A stretch of 64,000 nucleotides of DNA from Camelus dromedarius (Eukaryota). Shown piece by piece: positions 12,765 through 25,544 of the stretch. Within the stretch, counting starts at the first letter, position 1; every line of letters starts with the position of its first letter. A program made the translations under genes and the position numbers. A model generated the notes under the pieces. That model was not told the origin of the DNA. It worked only from the letters and a program-made list of their open reading frames with translations, and made no database searches. The DNA is taken from contig NC_087436.1 in the NCBI RefSeq assembly GCF_036321535.1, positions 51,400,001 through 51,464,000 on the forward strand. The letters are read 5' to 3'.

Positions 12765-13100
12765 AGTTAATTTTACTGAATACCTACTACATGCCAAATG
12801 CTGTTCAAAGCCCATTACATGATTTACCTCATCAGCCTCACAAAAACTTCGTAAGTTAAATACCATTATCATCTCAGTTTTATAGATGAGAAAGTGGGGG
12901 CAAGGATAAACTAAATATCTTGCCTAAATTTTTTTTGCATAAAAATTTTGTATTTTGATGACCTTCAATGTTTAAAAGCACACTGCATTCTGTGATCTAC
13001 TTAGTAAGAGCTAATAGAGGCGTGACCTCTCTTTATAATAGTGAGGCCAGAATTCAAACGTGGGATGTTTGCATCTAGATGTTCTTTGCTTAATCACTAT
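12765..13100 (-). mobile_element. MIR interrupted by an approximately 100-bp insert
   Basis: 'ttactgaatacctactacatgcca...ttttatagatgagaaag...cttgcctaa' stops at 12928 and resumes near 13035 with 'gaggccagaattcaaac...cttaatcactata'. Confidence 0.7.
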
Positions 13101-13983
13101 ACATGTTTCTGGAGATCCTATGATTCTCCTAAGAGTGAAAAGATATGGATGGAAAATGTATTCCATCTTATACATGTCAGTTTGCAAATGACGATTCTTT
13201 TCCTAGAAGGTTTGCAAATGACAATGCGTGTTCTGTGAAAATATAATAGCAGCACGTTTTAACATAAACACAGTGAAAATTAAGAGAAGTATCTCAGAAC
13301 TCATAGGGGAAAGGCTACACATTTATTAGATTTGGAGAGTACCCCAAGAATGCAATATACTTTGAAGCATTTAAGGACATCAAAATAGAAATTCTTTGTA
13401 TGAGAAAAATTTCTAATCACCAAGTCTTTCATATTCATCCCCTGTCAGAGCCAAAGAATACCACTTTTGTTTGCTGCTTTGCTTGTTTTGTTTTTTATGA
13501 GATGAACAAGAAAAAAAATTGTATTTCTCCTATAAACACAAGCAGTGCCTAGGATTCTCTCTGGTTATATGCTGTTATCCTCTAAAGTCAGAGTCAAACA
13601 TTTTGCTTTTTCACTAATGCAGTTATTAATTATTATGGTCTGGGGCTGAAGACTGTATGGATCTGCTTCTGGAAGCTATCCCAAGGACGCATAATCAGAA
13701 AATCATAGAGACAGAACCCAAGTGAAGTGGTACGTAGTGTTGTCATGCTTTTGGATGCTCTGCTGGTTTTGCCTTTTAAAGCAATCACTCTGCAGACAAG
13801 GATAGGTTAGAAGTGGCAGGGTGGGGGCGAACCATTCAATCAATAACTGCATTATAGTAAAATTATGATAATAATTTGGTTAATCATGTCTCTTCTGCCC
13901 ACCTCTGCATATGTTCTCCATCCTTATCCTTCATCTTAAACTCTGAAATCCCATTTTCAAGCCACATCCTCTCATCCTTTTTT

Positions 13984-14133
13984 TAAAAATAAAGTTTCTT
14001 TTTTAAAAATTTTGGTGAGAGGGAGGTAGTTAGGTTTACTTATTTATTTTTCTAATTGAGGTACTGGGGATTGAACCCAGGACTTCATACATGCTAGGCA
14101 AGCATGCTACCTCTGAGCTATACCCTCCCCTCT
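13984..14133 (-). mobile_element. tRNA-derived SINE, camelid Vic-1-like, with TSD
   Basis: Minus strand GGGGAGGGTATAGCTCAGAGGTAG...GGGTTCAATCCCCAGTACCTC (A and B boxes) plus an A-rich tail; TSD ctctcatcctttttt (13969-13983) / ctctcatcctctttt (14134-14148) followed by AA. Confidence 0.9.
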
Positions 14134-14151
14134 CTCTCATCCTCTTTTAAC

Positions 14152-14540
14152 TTTTCTTTTTTTTAATAGACTTTGTTTTTAGAGCAGTTTTAGGTTCACA
14201 GCAATACTGAGCAGGGGGTATAAGATTTCCCCTATAACCCCCACCACACACACACATGCGGAGCCTGCCCCACTATCAGTAACTGCCACCAGAGTGGGAC
14301 ATTTGTTACAACTGATGAACCTACACTGACACATCATTATCACCCAAAGTCCACAGTTTACATTATGGGTCACTCTTGCATCGTACATTCTGCAGATTTG
14401 AACAAGTGTATGATGACATGTGTCCATCATGATAGTATCCTACAGGGTAATTTCATTGCCCTAAAAATCCACCTGTTCATCCCTCCTCCTCCCTAATGCC
14501 TGGTACCCTGATCTTTTTACTCTCTCCATAGTTTTAAATA
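14152..14540 (-). mobile_element. L1MC-like 3' UTR
   Basis: T-rich tail, then 'agagcagttttaggttcacagcaa...caccagagtgggacatttgttacaactgatgaacctacactgacacatcattatcacccaaagtcc'. Confidence 0.9.
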
Positions 14541-15859
14541 ATTTGTTTCTGCCTTGCCTGTGCTTTAATCTCATTTAAACATTGAATCCATCAATTTCTC
14601 TCTTTTCCTCCATTTTATTGGTCATATGATGGTTTAAACTGCAATCATCAAACAATCCAGATCACATGGCCAATCACCTCTACTTGCCTGTCTCCACACC
14701 TTCAAATCCAGGTCTCCTTGTCTCTCCCTGTGATTGCTCAACCACTAAGCAATTTAGCACCGATCTGATCACTGCTTTTATTTGCCAGCTTCAGAGGGCC
14801 ATGTCTTTGATTATCTGTGGAGGTGGACTTCCAGGTCTGAGTCTAGAGATGAAGTTCTTGCCAAACAGATTATGTTCTGCTGAAGTCATCTGGATGGGCT
14901 GAGTACCTGCCTTAGTGTCCAAAATTGGCCTATCATCATCAAACCCAGACTGCCTGGCTTTGCTCCTACTGCTTGTACAGATTAGATCTGACACCAATTT
15001 CTGGCTTATGCTAGTGTCTTACAACCACACCACACATAGTCTTAACTCCTTTCCCCACCCCCTAGATTTCTAGGTTAGCTTTTTGCATCCTACCCATGGA
15101 CTCTGAGAAACTAAATTAGCCTACCTATGGTTTTGGCTTCTCTCTCATCTCCATTTATAGCTTAAAGTCATCTTGCCCCAGGAAATTAGAATAGGATAGC
15201 CTTGCACAGATTGGTTGGCACTAAAGGGAAAAAACGCATAATTATAAAAATTGGTATCTGCATGTGTGAGATGGACTTCAGATAGACCTGGAATATCAGT
15301 TTGCTAAGCAATAGTTATGCTAAGGCAGCTGACCTTTGATTTCTCCAGTCTCATGGTAAGAACTCAGAAATGTGCTGGGTTGTTTTCCTGCACTTAGTTC
15401 CTAAGTATGAATCTATTCAGTCTTTCTAATATTCAGTTGCAATCAGATGGAGGACTGGGCAAGAGGTAACTTAAACATCACAGTAAACATAGAAAAGACA
15501 AGCTTCTCCAACTGGTAGGATCCTCCGTCTGTACAGAATGTGTTTTGCCCTTCGAGGATGTGGCAAATTGGTTATCATCTTACTGTCTACTGCTTTGGGT
15601 AAATTTTGTGTTTAAGTTTTCATATCTTTTAAAATAAATAAATTACATAGATTTTAATTGTGTCTTCTGGTATCTTTCTGCCCATCACATCACCATTCTG
15701 TTTTGTGACCAGCATACAATGTATTTTTAGTTTCTACACTCAGAAGCTCAGAACTTCAGGACACTTTTTTCACCTCTTGTCGGCTACCTCTCCCGTCACC
15801 ACCACTGTCAGTTTCCCAATGCGCCCTAGCTCATTAAAAGTCTGGGTAACCTGAATTTG

Positions 15860-16005
15860 TATTTATTATTACATTATGTAGGTGTAATTTTTTGTATGTC
15901 TATTCTATTAGAAGCTGAACTTTTCAAAACAAAGGACCTTACCTTGTTCAGCTGTCTCACTCCAGTACCTAGAGTATAATTAAATGTGTAATACATTGGT
16001 GAACG
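15860..16005 (+). mobile_element. L2 3' end fragment
   Basis: 'attagaagctgaacttttcaaaacaaaggaccttaccttgttca...ccagtacctagag'. Confidence 0.55.
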
Positions 16006-16159
16006 TTCCATTAGATCTTCCTATTTTAATGCCACCTATTTAGTGTTTTTGGAAAGTCACGCATCTTTATGTCTGTATTCCTTTGTCATTTGAGACTCTT
16101 AGTAGAGTCACATGCTATGTTCAGAAGATTTTCTGTATAGCTAACATACATGGGCAAAG

Positions 16160-16335
16160 CTGCAGCGTTAGGATGCAAATAACATTGAACTGGGAATCAG
16201 AGGACTGGGTTCCAGTCTTTGACTGTGTGGCCTCAGCAAAGAATATTTAAATTGCCCATGCCTTACCTTCCTTATCTCCAAAATGAGGGAACTGAATTAG
16301 CACTCATTTGCTTCTAGTTCCGTTAATGTTCTGAT
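16160..16335 (+). mobile_element. MIR3-like SINE
   Basis: 'actgggaatcagaggactgggttccagt...ctgtgtggcctc...ccttatctccaaaatgagggaactgaattag'. Confidence 0.7.
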
Positions 16336-18159
16336 TTGTTCATACTTAAAGAAAATGTCATTTTGACTGTATTCACTTCCTGTTTTCTGATTTCCCTTCC
16401 TAGTCTACACACCAAATCCTGGTCACTCACCCCTTGCCATGTCACTCTTTATTCTAAACAAAACCTGAACACCATCACTAAAAAATGGTGGGTATATATA
16501 AATACATATATATAGAGAAAACATTTTTTATGCATTTCAAATATTTCCTGTCAATGACAATTTTATTAAAAGTATAGGTGCTTGATGATTTAATAAAAGT
16601 TTGTTTTTAAACTGTATAGACAATTCAATTTCTCAACAAAGAAGTTAGTCAAATTTTGGTATCCACAGACTGATAGTTTCTCATATGAATGAAGTCATTA
16701 ATTTTCGTTTCTTTTTATGGGATTAGGTGCCTTGCATCAGTATTTAAGCTTTCAAAATAAACCCAAAATCTATGTCAAAATTTAGTAGTCTATAGAACTC
16801 AGTATTTCTCACCTCCATTAAGTTAAAAAAAATACCTTCACTGCTAAAATATGTGTGCAAAATTCATGATAATTTTCATTTTTCTGACACCCATTTTTTT
16901 GTTATGTCATCTGATGCAAGCCACCTATATTCTCTCCAAGATACCTTCCTTATCTTTAAAATGGGGGCCATACTTAACTCACATGGGTGCGAGGAGGACT
17001 AAGTAAGATATTAAGTATGAAAATACTGTGTAAAACATTACATAGGAAATGAAATCATTTGTTATTGTTCTGAAATATTTAAATCAACCCCCCCATTTTA
17101 CTACTTTTAAGTTCCAAATAATATATTAAGCCATAACCCACTTAAATGGGATTATTTATAGGAAGACGGCAGGCAACCTTCAGTCTCTGACTGTTTCTCC
17201 CCCTGTTAATTAGGCAGAGGGAGCTCCAGGCTCAGCGCCTCACGTGGTGGGTGTCTGACAGCTGTGACTCCTCTATCCATCTCCTGCTCCGCGACGCTGA
17301 CTGCAAGAGAGTGTTCCAGCCCAGTCTCTTCCCTGTAGGCATTCTTCCTCATCATGCTTCACAGCCGCAAAGCACACGGCTTTTCCTCTTGTCAGACCGT
17401 ATTCTGGTTGCAGTCAGCCTAAGTGCCATTAATTGCCCATTTTCTGAGTGTGTGAAATCACTGCTCTGGCCTCTGTGAACCTTGGAGCAGGCTCAGTCAT
17501 ACTCAAGTTGTCCAAGTATTAAACCAGAATCCTTCATCTGCACTGCCAAATGTATATTGGATTCTAAGTGATTCTGCTTTCAAGGTACTTTTTATAAATT
17601 ATTCAAGACTTGTAGAATGGGTTGAGACCAAGCATGTGCTGCTTTAGTGGAGAAAAGAAAACCAGGGCAAAGGGTTATTTAAGGAAATTTCTATGCTGCA
17701 CAGCATGCAATGTTCTTTATTTAATTATTTTTTTGTTAATGAAATAGCTTAAAAGAAATATGATATCAGCTTTATTATGAAAGCTTTAAGTTCCAGAATG
17801 GAGCAGAATGCAATCATTTTTTTCTTTTCCTCTGGCTGCTGCTGGGGCTGGGGTCTATTTAGGATGAAAATTTAAACAAAGTACAAATGTGTCCTTAAGC
17901 CAAATTACCCAGGACAATTTATAGAAGACCATATTCATATAGACTTTCCTATAAAATTGAGTCTTTTATTTGGAATAATTCACTATTCTGATGGATATAG
18001 AATAGGCAGGAAAAATAATACTGGGAACTCACCAGCTTAATTAAGTGGCTCCCAATTTTTTCATTAACACTGCTTCACATCACATTTGGGAAGAGGAGAA
18101 AAAGGAAGGGAGGGAGAGAGAGCATGTACAATCATTTAAAAATATTTCTGTGCTGGAAA

Positions 18160-18720
18160 AAAATAACAATTTTACAGTGGAGAAACCCAGCAGACACCAC
18201 TTTGTCCAACTGATCAAAGTTAGTCTCAACAGTAATGAGAATGAGAAATATCAGGTCTCTTGATATGATGCACTGAGGAAGGTACAAAGTCATTGTGCTG
18301 TCATTGTTACCAAAAATAAATAATCTGTATTTAATCATGAGGACAAAAATCAGACAGACCCAAACAATGAGATTTTATACAAAATAACTGCACTTTTCAA
18401 AAATGTCAGTCATAAGAGGAAAAGAAAAACTGTCGCAGATTAAGGAGTCTCACACGACAACTAAATGTTCTCCGTGATTCTGGGTTGGATCCCTGGCCCA
18501 GAAAAAGTATATTAGTGGCAACTGATGAAAATGGAATACATTCTTTAGATTAATTAATAGTATCGTATCACTATTACTTTCTTGGTTTTGAGAATTGTAA
18601 TGTTGTCATGTAAAATGTTAACATTTGGGGAAGCTAGGTGAAGCTATATGGGAATTTCTTTGTACTATTTATGAAATGTTCGTCAAGTCTGAAACTGAAA
18701 TTTTGAAAAATAAAAAATGC
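18160..18720 (+). mobile_element. L1MC/L1MD 3' UTR
   Basis: 'tttacagtggagaaacccagcagacaccac', 'caactaaatg...gattctgggttggatccctggcccag', 'taacatttggggaagctaggtgaag'. Confidence 0.85.
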
Positions 18721-19599
18721 AAATTTCAAACCACAGGTAATCGGACCTGTCGTCAGATTGCACAGTGGTAAGCGGTGTCCCATTCAGAGCTCTACCCTGA
18801 ATTCTAAAGTCATGCTGTTAAGAACACAGAAAAAAGTGACTGCAGTGTGTTTCACACTTAAGTTTTTATATTATATTGCTACACCCGAACACCACGTTTA
18901 TCATTTTATAGAAAAGACATTGCTAGTCTGTAGGAAATGGTTACTAACCATTTATCTGAAATGACACCTAAATTCGGCCCTATCTATCATTTTATGTGTA
19001 GGGATGTCACCTGAATTGTCCATACTGAACTTCCAAAAACAAAACAACTATTTATTATAATTTTTTCTTCTAAATCTATACCATTCCTCTGCAATACAGG
19101 GCAAATTAGTAGGAAAAACTTTCTCAATGAGGCACAATTCTCTTGATGTTTCTCTGTATGTGTCTTGAGGACTGCAATTTCCAACCCTTGAGGGCACCCA
19201 GAACTGATTTGTATCAATGTTCAAGTTAGAAACAAGATAGGGTGACTAATCTAGATGGATTTTATGTTTTTAGCAAACGATATTTCGCTTGGTATAAAAA
19301 TCAGTAATATTAAAAACTCTATTAAACAGATTTGAATGACTCATATATTTTTATTTTTACCTAGAATATATTGTATATTGATTTACTGCTACAGATAGCT
19401 AAGTATTAATTACTCAGTTGAAGATGGAAAACCATTTGTTCCCATGAGTCTTATAATGTGAAAAACAGTTGTGCTGTAGGCTAGTTACACTGTGAGAGAG
19501 GAATAAGCCTCAAAACTCACAATTTTCAAAAGGGATAAATTGCATCAAATCAGAAGCATGATGTCCATCATAAACCACTGAAGCGCAAACGCTTTTAAT

Positions 19600-19920
19600 A
19601 CCAGTTCATCCAAATGTTTATGTCACAAGATAAAGCTGTCGACAAACTGATCTAATGGTAATGAAACTTAATCCCGAAGATGAGTTTCTAAGATGAGGCC
19701 ACCGACTGTTCCAGCAACTCCCTAGTTTGCAAATTCTGACCAATACTCTCAGAATTCTACCAAGATGAAAACTCTAATAAAAGTATCCTTTTCTATATTA
19801 TCCCTTTTGAGATGCCTTCTCCACTTTTACCTGTGAGGGGCAGTCCCTTTCTCTGCAAGTAATAACTCTAACTTTGTTGTCTATGGATGTGTTTCTGGAA
19901 ATGTTTACCTGATGGGCATT
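19600..19920 (+). mobile_element. Possible old ERV LTR fragment
   Basis: CCAAT ('tgaccaata'), 'ccttttgagatg', 'ctgcaagtaataa' in an LTR-like order; family not identified. Confidence 0.3.
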
Positions 19921-20182
19921 GGTAAGTGTTATTTTAGAGAGTAATTTTAATCAGCAGAGTTTTATTTTGTAATTTTAGGAGCCTTAAGCAGTGATTTTCT
20001 CAGAATTGCTCATGCCTTGGAAAGCAGTTAAGTACAAAGACAAGAGGAAAACGAATACCTATATTACACAAGAAATAGAATAAAACCTCCACATTGGAAA
20101 CTGTGAGGAATTTCCAAACACATCCAAAACACGTTATGAATGTGAGGAATGACGTGCAATTTTGTCCTAGATATGACTCTGA

Positions 20183-20360
20183 ACAACGGCTCTCAACCTT
20201 GGCTGCCCAGGAGAATTATTTAAGGTGCTTTTAAAACACTTATTTCCCAGGGACCACCTTGGACCACGTTAACTAGAATTTCATAAGTGAGGCCCAGGAA
20301 TCTATATTTTAAAAGCTTCTCACATGATTCAAATGTTCAGTCAAAGTTGAGAATCATCTC
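20183..20360. mobile_element. MER5A/B-like MITE
   Basis: Inverted termini 'ggctctcaac' / 'gttgagaatc'; internal 'gaggcccaggaatctatattttaaaagcttc...gattc'. Confidence 0.85.
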
Positions 20361-21579
20361 TTTAGGGTGTTCACATAACATTCTACTGTAATGCTTATTA
20401 CAATGTTTATTAAATGCTAATGCATTCAACTACCCATCAGTTCAAAAACATTATGTGACTTGGTACAAAGCACCATAGTATAAAAAATGAAAGAGTTGAC
20501 CATTTAAGAAATCACTTGACTTAGGATAAATCTGATGAAAATACAATAAAACCTGGTTGCAAAATCTGAATTTAGAAGGCTTATTCCTGCATGTAGAAAA
20601 TTTTTGAGAACTGGAAAGGCTGATCTTCCCAGAGGATGCAGTTACTGGAGAGATGTTTACAGAGGGGAGAAGGAGGAATTAGATACACACTTAACCGACA
20701 CATCAACTCTGGAGACAAAAGGAGGTGGCAAATGTCAGGGGCAGGTGGCCTTTCCTGCCTCTGGGGCACTGCTGGGTCCCCCACCACACTCACGTTATAC
20801 ATGCCCAGGGGAGGCCGGGAGCTACAAAACTGAGGCGATAAAGATGCTGCTTCCATAAAATGTTATATAATAATTTCCAGAGCCAAATATTAATGCCTTT
20901 TGGGTAAGTTCTGGTTTTGAATTTACATATAGTGCTGTTTCCTTCCATGAGTTGAGTAATCAAAGGCTTGACCATTATAAAAATGAAGTTCGAGAATGAT
21001 CCAAGCTGGAATGAGTCAACAACTGATGCAGTCCCTAAAACAGTCCTTGAAAGATTTGTCAAAACACAGGTCTTGGAGCCTGTGATGAATGCACACAGTT
21101 GTGTGTCACATGTGTAGTCAACAGGTAGTATAATAGTGGGAAGGGAATGTAGCTGAAGACTTAATCAAGCTGTATTAAAACACTCTGAAAAATGCTTTCA
21201 TGCGCCCTCTGTCTAGTCATCTGCAAATAAAGGAGAAGAGTGAACAAAACATTCAGAACAACTCAGAAACAATGATAACAAAAATCAAACATGAATGGCA
21301 CTACCATAGGTGTAAATTATGCCTTATTTCGTTTCTCAGGGAACATCCTTGGAGGTGAAAGTATAGGTTATTTCAGTCCTAATTAGGCCTTTAAAAGCTG
21401 TCTTAACCACTAGGAATGTTTTCATGCTTTACATCTATAGAAAACATATGTTGTGAAAACTCACAAAGCGTCATAAAAGTTGAGTCAAACAATGCCATGC
21501 AATTTGCTACTTATTCTAAAACTGTCTTAGATAAATATGCAAACAATGTAATGTATTTCTAACGATAATTAAACCTTGA

Positions 21580-21900
21580 AAGAGTCAGGATGAACTGGTT
21601 TGGGTAGTAACTGGTTTGGGTAGTAACTAAGGAGCTTAACTGAAGAAATGTTTATTTTGTTGTTCACTCTGTGTGTTTGTTATGAGTTGCCAGGCAACCT
21701 CGGCTCTACATAATCATTTTGGGACTCAGGCTTTATCTCGACCCCAGCTCTGTGACCCCCTCGCAGTGGGAAGGGAGCGTGGGGGATCTTGCACTGGCCT
21801 GTCATGCGTTCTCCCAGAGGCAATATCCGTCCCTGCTACTCACTCTCCGTGGATCAACCAAACTGGGCATCTAAACTTGACTTCAAAGGGGTGGGTTAAA
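21580..21900 (-). mobile_element. MLT1I/J-like LTR fragment
   Basis: 'agtcaggat...gtagtaac...gcttaac...gtttattt...gggactcaggct...cactggcc...tccctgctactcactctcc' resembles antisense MLT1. Confidence 0.5.
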
Positions 21901-22244
21901 CAAAAACAAAAACAAAAACACCATATGGCAATATAGTCCATAATAAGGATCATAAATTTTTGGAAAAGAGGTCTAATGATTTTCATAAATCTGTATCAGA
22001 TTCAAATTAAAGTAAGTGCAATAGGGGTCTAGGTTTGTGCTCTGTTTTTAATATTTGTAGTAATCAGAAAGGTTTCCTTGCACTTAGGAAGTTCTAAGAA
22101 TTATGTGGAAAAGTAATAGGAACTGACTGTACAATGACTCCAAGGTCACTGAGAAAGAATAATTCACGAGAGATAAGCTTTATCGGTATGAAATAATTGA
22201 GCATTTGTACACTCTTAAATGAGTATGTAAGATGAAGACCAAGA

Positions 22245-22415
22245 GTCGGTAGAATCAGCAGCTAAGAACATAGAAGCTGGGTCTGAATCCTGGCTCTGCC
22301 ACTCAGTAGCAGCACGACCTTGGGAAAGTAATTTATCTTCTCTGTGACTCAGTTTCCTCATTTGTAAGTGGGGGTATAATATTACTGCCTTCATCATAGA
22401 GTGTATGAGGATTAA
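22245..22415 (+). mobile_element. MIR
   Basis: 'ctgggtctgaatcctggctctgccact...gaccttgggaaagtaattt...ctcagtttcctcatttgtaa'. Confidence 0.9.
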
Positions 22416-22480
22416 GTATATACATACATACATATATATATATATATACACACACACTTTATATACATAAACACACACAT
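22416..22480. repeat. Compound (TACA)/(TA)/(CA) microsatellite
   Basis: Visible directly in the sequence. Confidence 0.9.
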
Positions 22481-22989
22481 CACTATGTAAATATTAGTAA
22501 ATGCTGTCTTTGCTGTAATTAACTGGACTGATCTTCCATTTGATTAATTCCTCACAGGGGCTAGATAAGTGAAGGCTGAGGATAAATGTGGTCTCTGAAT
22601 ATAAATGGCCATGGTTCCAAAGAGACAGTGTCATTCAGACGGAGCACCAGGAAGCCTGGCTCCAGCCCTACTTCTGCCCCCAGGTAGTGGTGCGACCTTT
22701 AGTAGATTACTGAATACTTTCTTGGCATTTCCTTTCTCTCCTCTCTTTATTTTGATATTTCTAGGCTAGATAAACTTAATTCAACTGACAACATATTTAC
22801 TAGGGATCTTACAGTGTATAAAATATGAAAAGCTGACTGTGTCGCTGAGGAGTAATCACATGAGAAGAGTAAGTAAATGAGAAGTGAATTTGACATGAAA
22901 TGCAGACCTTCAGAGTCAGAAAGGATTTTATCAGGTGGATGGTGATGAGGTATTCCAGGACAGAGAGTACAGCATGACAACATCGCGGC

Positions 22990-23150
22990 AATAACAGCAC
23001 CTACCACTTACTGAATGCTTACAGAACGCCAAGTGCATTTACTTTTATTACTTCTTGTCCTCAGGAAACCTTAGGGAGGTGAATTTATTGTCCACATTTA
23101 AAAATAAGGAAACTGATGCTGAGCGAGATCCACGTAATTGAATCCTGCTT
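22990..23150 (-). mobile_element. MIR fragment
   Basis: 'ccacttactgaatgcttac...tcctcaggaaacc...ataaggaaactga'. Confidence 0.7.
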
Positions 23151-23499
23151 TGTCTGACCTCAGAATAGTGATTGCTTTCGCTTGTGTTACTCCCTGAAAA
23201 GGAGAGAAAGTAGGCAGCAGGAGCAGGAAACAGGGAGCAATCGGGTTTGCCTGGGCCATTTGGTTTATTTAGGAAGTTATCAGGAACGCAATTAGAAATG
23301 TCTAGTCCATGCATTAGTACCATTTGTTTCTGTTGTCTAAAACTTAAGTTCAATTATAAGGATATGCGTGACGTGAGTGTCCAAAACTTCTGCCTCAGGG
23401 GTCCCATAGCGCCTTATACATACTTTTATTTGAGACCTTCTCACACATCTCAGCTTTTACATATACATTTATGGGAACATTTTAAATTACTTGTGTATG

Positions 23500-23665
23500 G
23501 GTCTGTAATACAGACAGTTTTGAGTTTCTTGAAGGGAGGGATCATACTTTATTCTCCTTTATATCCCTAAGTCCCCATCACAGTGATTGGTAGATAGTGA
23601 ATAAATATTTGTTGAATGAAATATTTGCAAGTGAATGAAGGAATAAATGAATGAAGGAATAAATG
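23500..23665 (+). mobile_element. L2 3' end
   Basis: 'aataaatatttgttgaatgaa' followed by a (TGAA)n-like tail. Confidence 0.75.
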
Positions 23666-24289
23666 CATCTAATGCTTTTAGATATACTCTGATGCTTGAA
23701 TGTCTCCTTGATTCCTGGCAAGCTGTCTGAAGTCTTTTGAAATCTGACAAGATACAATCTTTAATAAATGCACAAAATATATACCAAGATTTATTTTGCT
23801 AGAGGTAAATGTTATTATAATTAATGTCAGGACCAGGAAATCTTCTGTTGTTTGTTGAACAGTTTTTTACTTGAAACATCATTTCATTTCATTTTCATAT
23901 TGGAAGATTTCTTTACTGGTAATAAACATGAATGGAAACACATGATTTCACATGCCAGTATTCTTACACGCAACAGTTTAAAAACCTGTTTGTGATATAA
24001 AGTCAACTAATACAGCAGTGATGCTACAGTAACATTAGCAAGCAGTACTCATTTTCAGCTCACAAGTCACAGTTTAACACCCTTTCTCCAACAGCATGAA
24101 TTCTGCTGTGGGAATTTAATAATATTAAGTGGTAATAAATTTCAAAACAAAAGACAATGTTGGCTTGTGTATGTGGGCACACCTGGGGCTCTATTCTTCA
24201 TCAGCTCAACGATTGCTAGAGGTTGTCACCCTTCCTAGTAGCTGTCACTTCAGGCCACATTCATGATCACATGATCTCATAACTGCTAA

Positions 24290-24990
24290 GATACTCAAAG
24301 GATCTTGCTCTACCCTTCCATTTCTCGCACAGAGAGATACTTAACTTAAGATAATAGTTTCTTTCTGTTTTTAAAGGTCTCTGAGAATGAAATGGTGTTT
24401 TGTCCTCCCCCTAGAATCTCCTTTTCATGTTTAGCACAGTGATAATCAGCACGTTTGTTCTTAGATCTATTTGAAATTCTGTCTTTAATGATTGGTTTCT
24501 TAAGAATTACTGTTTTTCTATAAAACTATCAATGGAAGTCATAACAACATTCCTTAGTTATACAATACCTTCCCTTCAAATTGCATGCTATGTGTACAGT
24601 AATTCTGAGAGGTTAGTGGTAAACTAAATACTATCTCTGTTTTCTGGATGGGGAAATTTCATCACAGGGGATTTTCTGATATGCTAGTGGCCTTGAAGCT
24701 GGGATTAGCTACGTTACATACACAGAGCACAACTGCTTAGTGTCATTTTTATAAAATTCCACCATATTCTTAAACGACGGATGATATTGCTCTTGACTTG
24801 TATTTTGTGAGTTAACTATCACAATCCTTAACTCCTTTTAGGACCTCTTTTCTAAAGATTTCTTAATTTTTTTATTCCTCTTTTTCCAGCTATCTCAGGT
24901 CTTTTGCGTCCTTCTGTAATTTGGCACTTTAAACTGGACACAACATTTCAGTAAAATTATGACTAATAAATATCTAAGTCTCTTGTGACA
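24290..24990 (-). mobile_element. Probable L3/CR1 fragments
   Basis: 'tttaaaggtctctgagaatga...ttgttcttagatctatttgaaat' and 'ggcactttaaactggacacaacatttcag' resemble antisense CR1/L3. Confidence 0.35.
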
Positions 24991-25544
24991 TAAATGAAAT
25001 TCTTTGCTCACTGAGACGGGGTGTGCTTCACATCTGACGTCAGGATAGTTTGATGCAGCTACACATTCCCCTTATCTACTGTAAGCATCACTGTGATTTA
25101 ATATACTGGAAACATGACTGACTATGTAATTTTATTTCTCAAGTAGTTTGGGCTTTTATATTATCCTCTGAGAACCTCTCTTCTCTACTATGCCTATGCC
25201 AAAACAGTAATTATGTCCAATGTGATATTTGGGTTACTTGTTGGCCAATGAATTAAAATAATATTGAAAGTGAATAAGATAATTTGAGGAGGCTTTGAAG
25301 CATTGACAAATTTAATGCTTCAAGCTAAATAATTCCCTTCTGTGTGAAATATCTAAAGCCTTTTTCTTTCTTTCTTCCAAAAATTCTTTTTGGTGGGAAG
25401 TCTTAAATCAGATCTACCTACTTTCTTTAATCTCATGGTTAGCTTTTAAATATCTGTGAAGACTATGCTACGCTTCAGATAGATCCGTTATTCATAATCT
25501 GGTCTCGTAACATTAGGAAGCCTCTAATTATCTGGAGGTGGTCC

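Noticed and set aside
14058..14130. tRNA gene
   Set aside because: The tRNA-like head is followed by a SINE body, an A-rich tail and a TSD, so it is a SINE.
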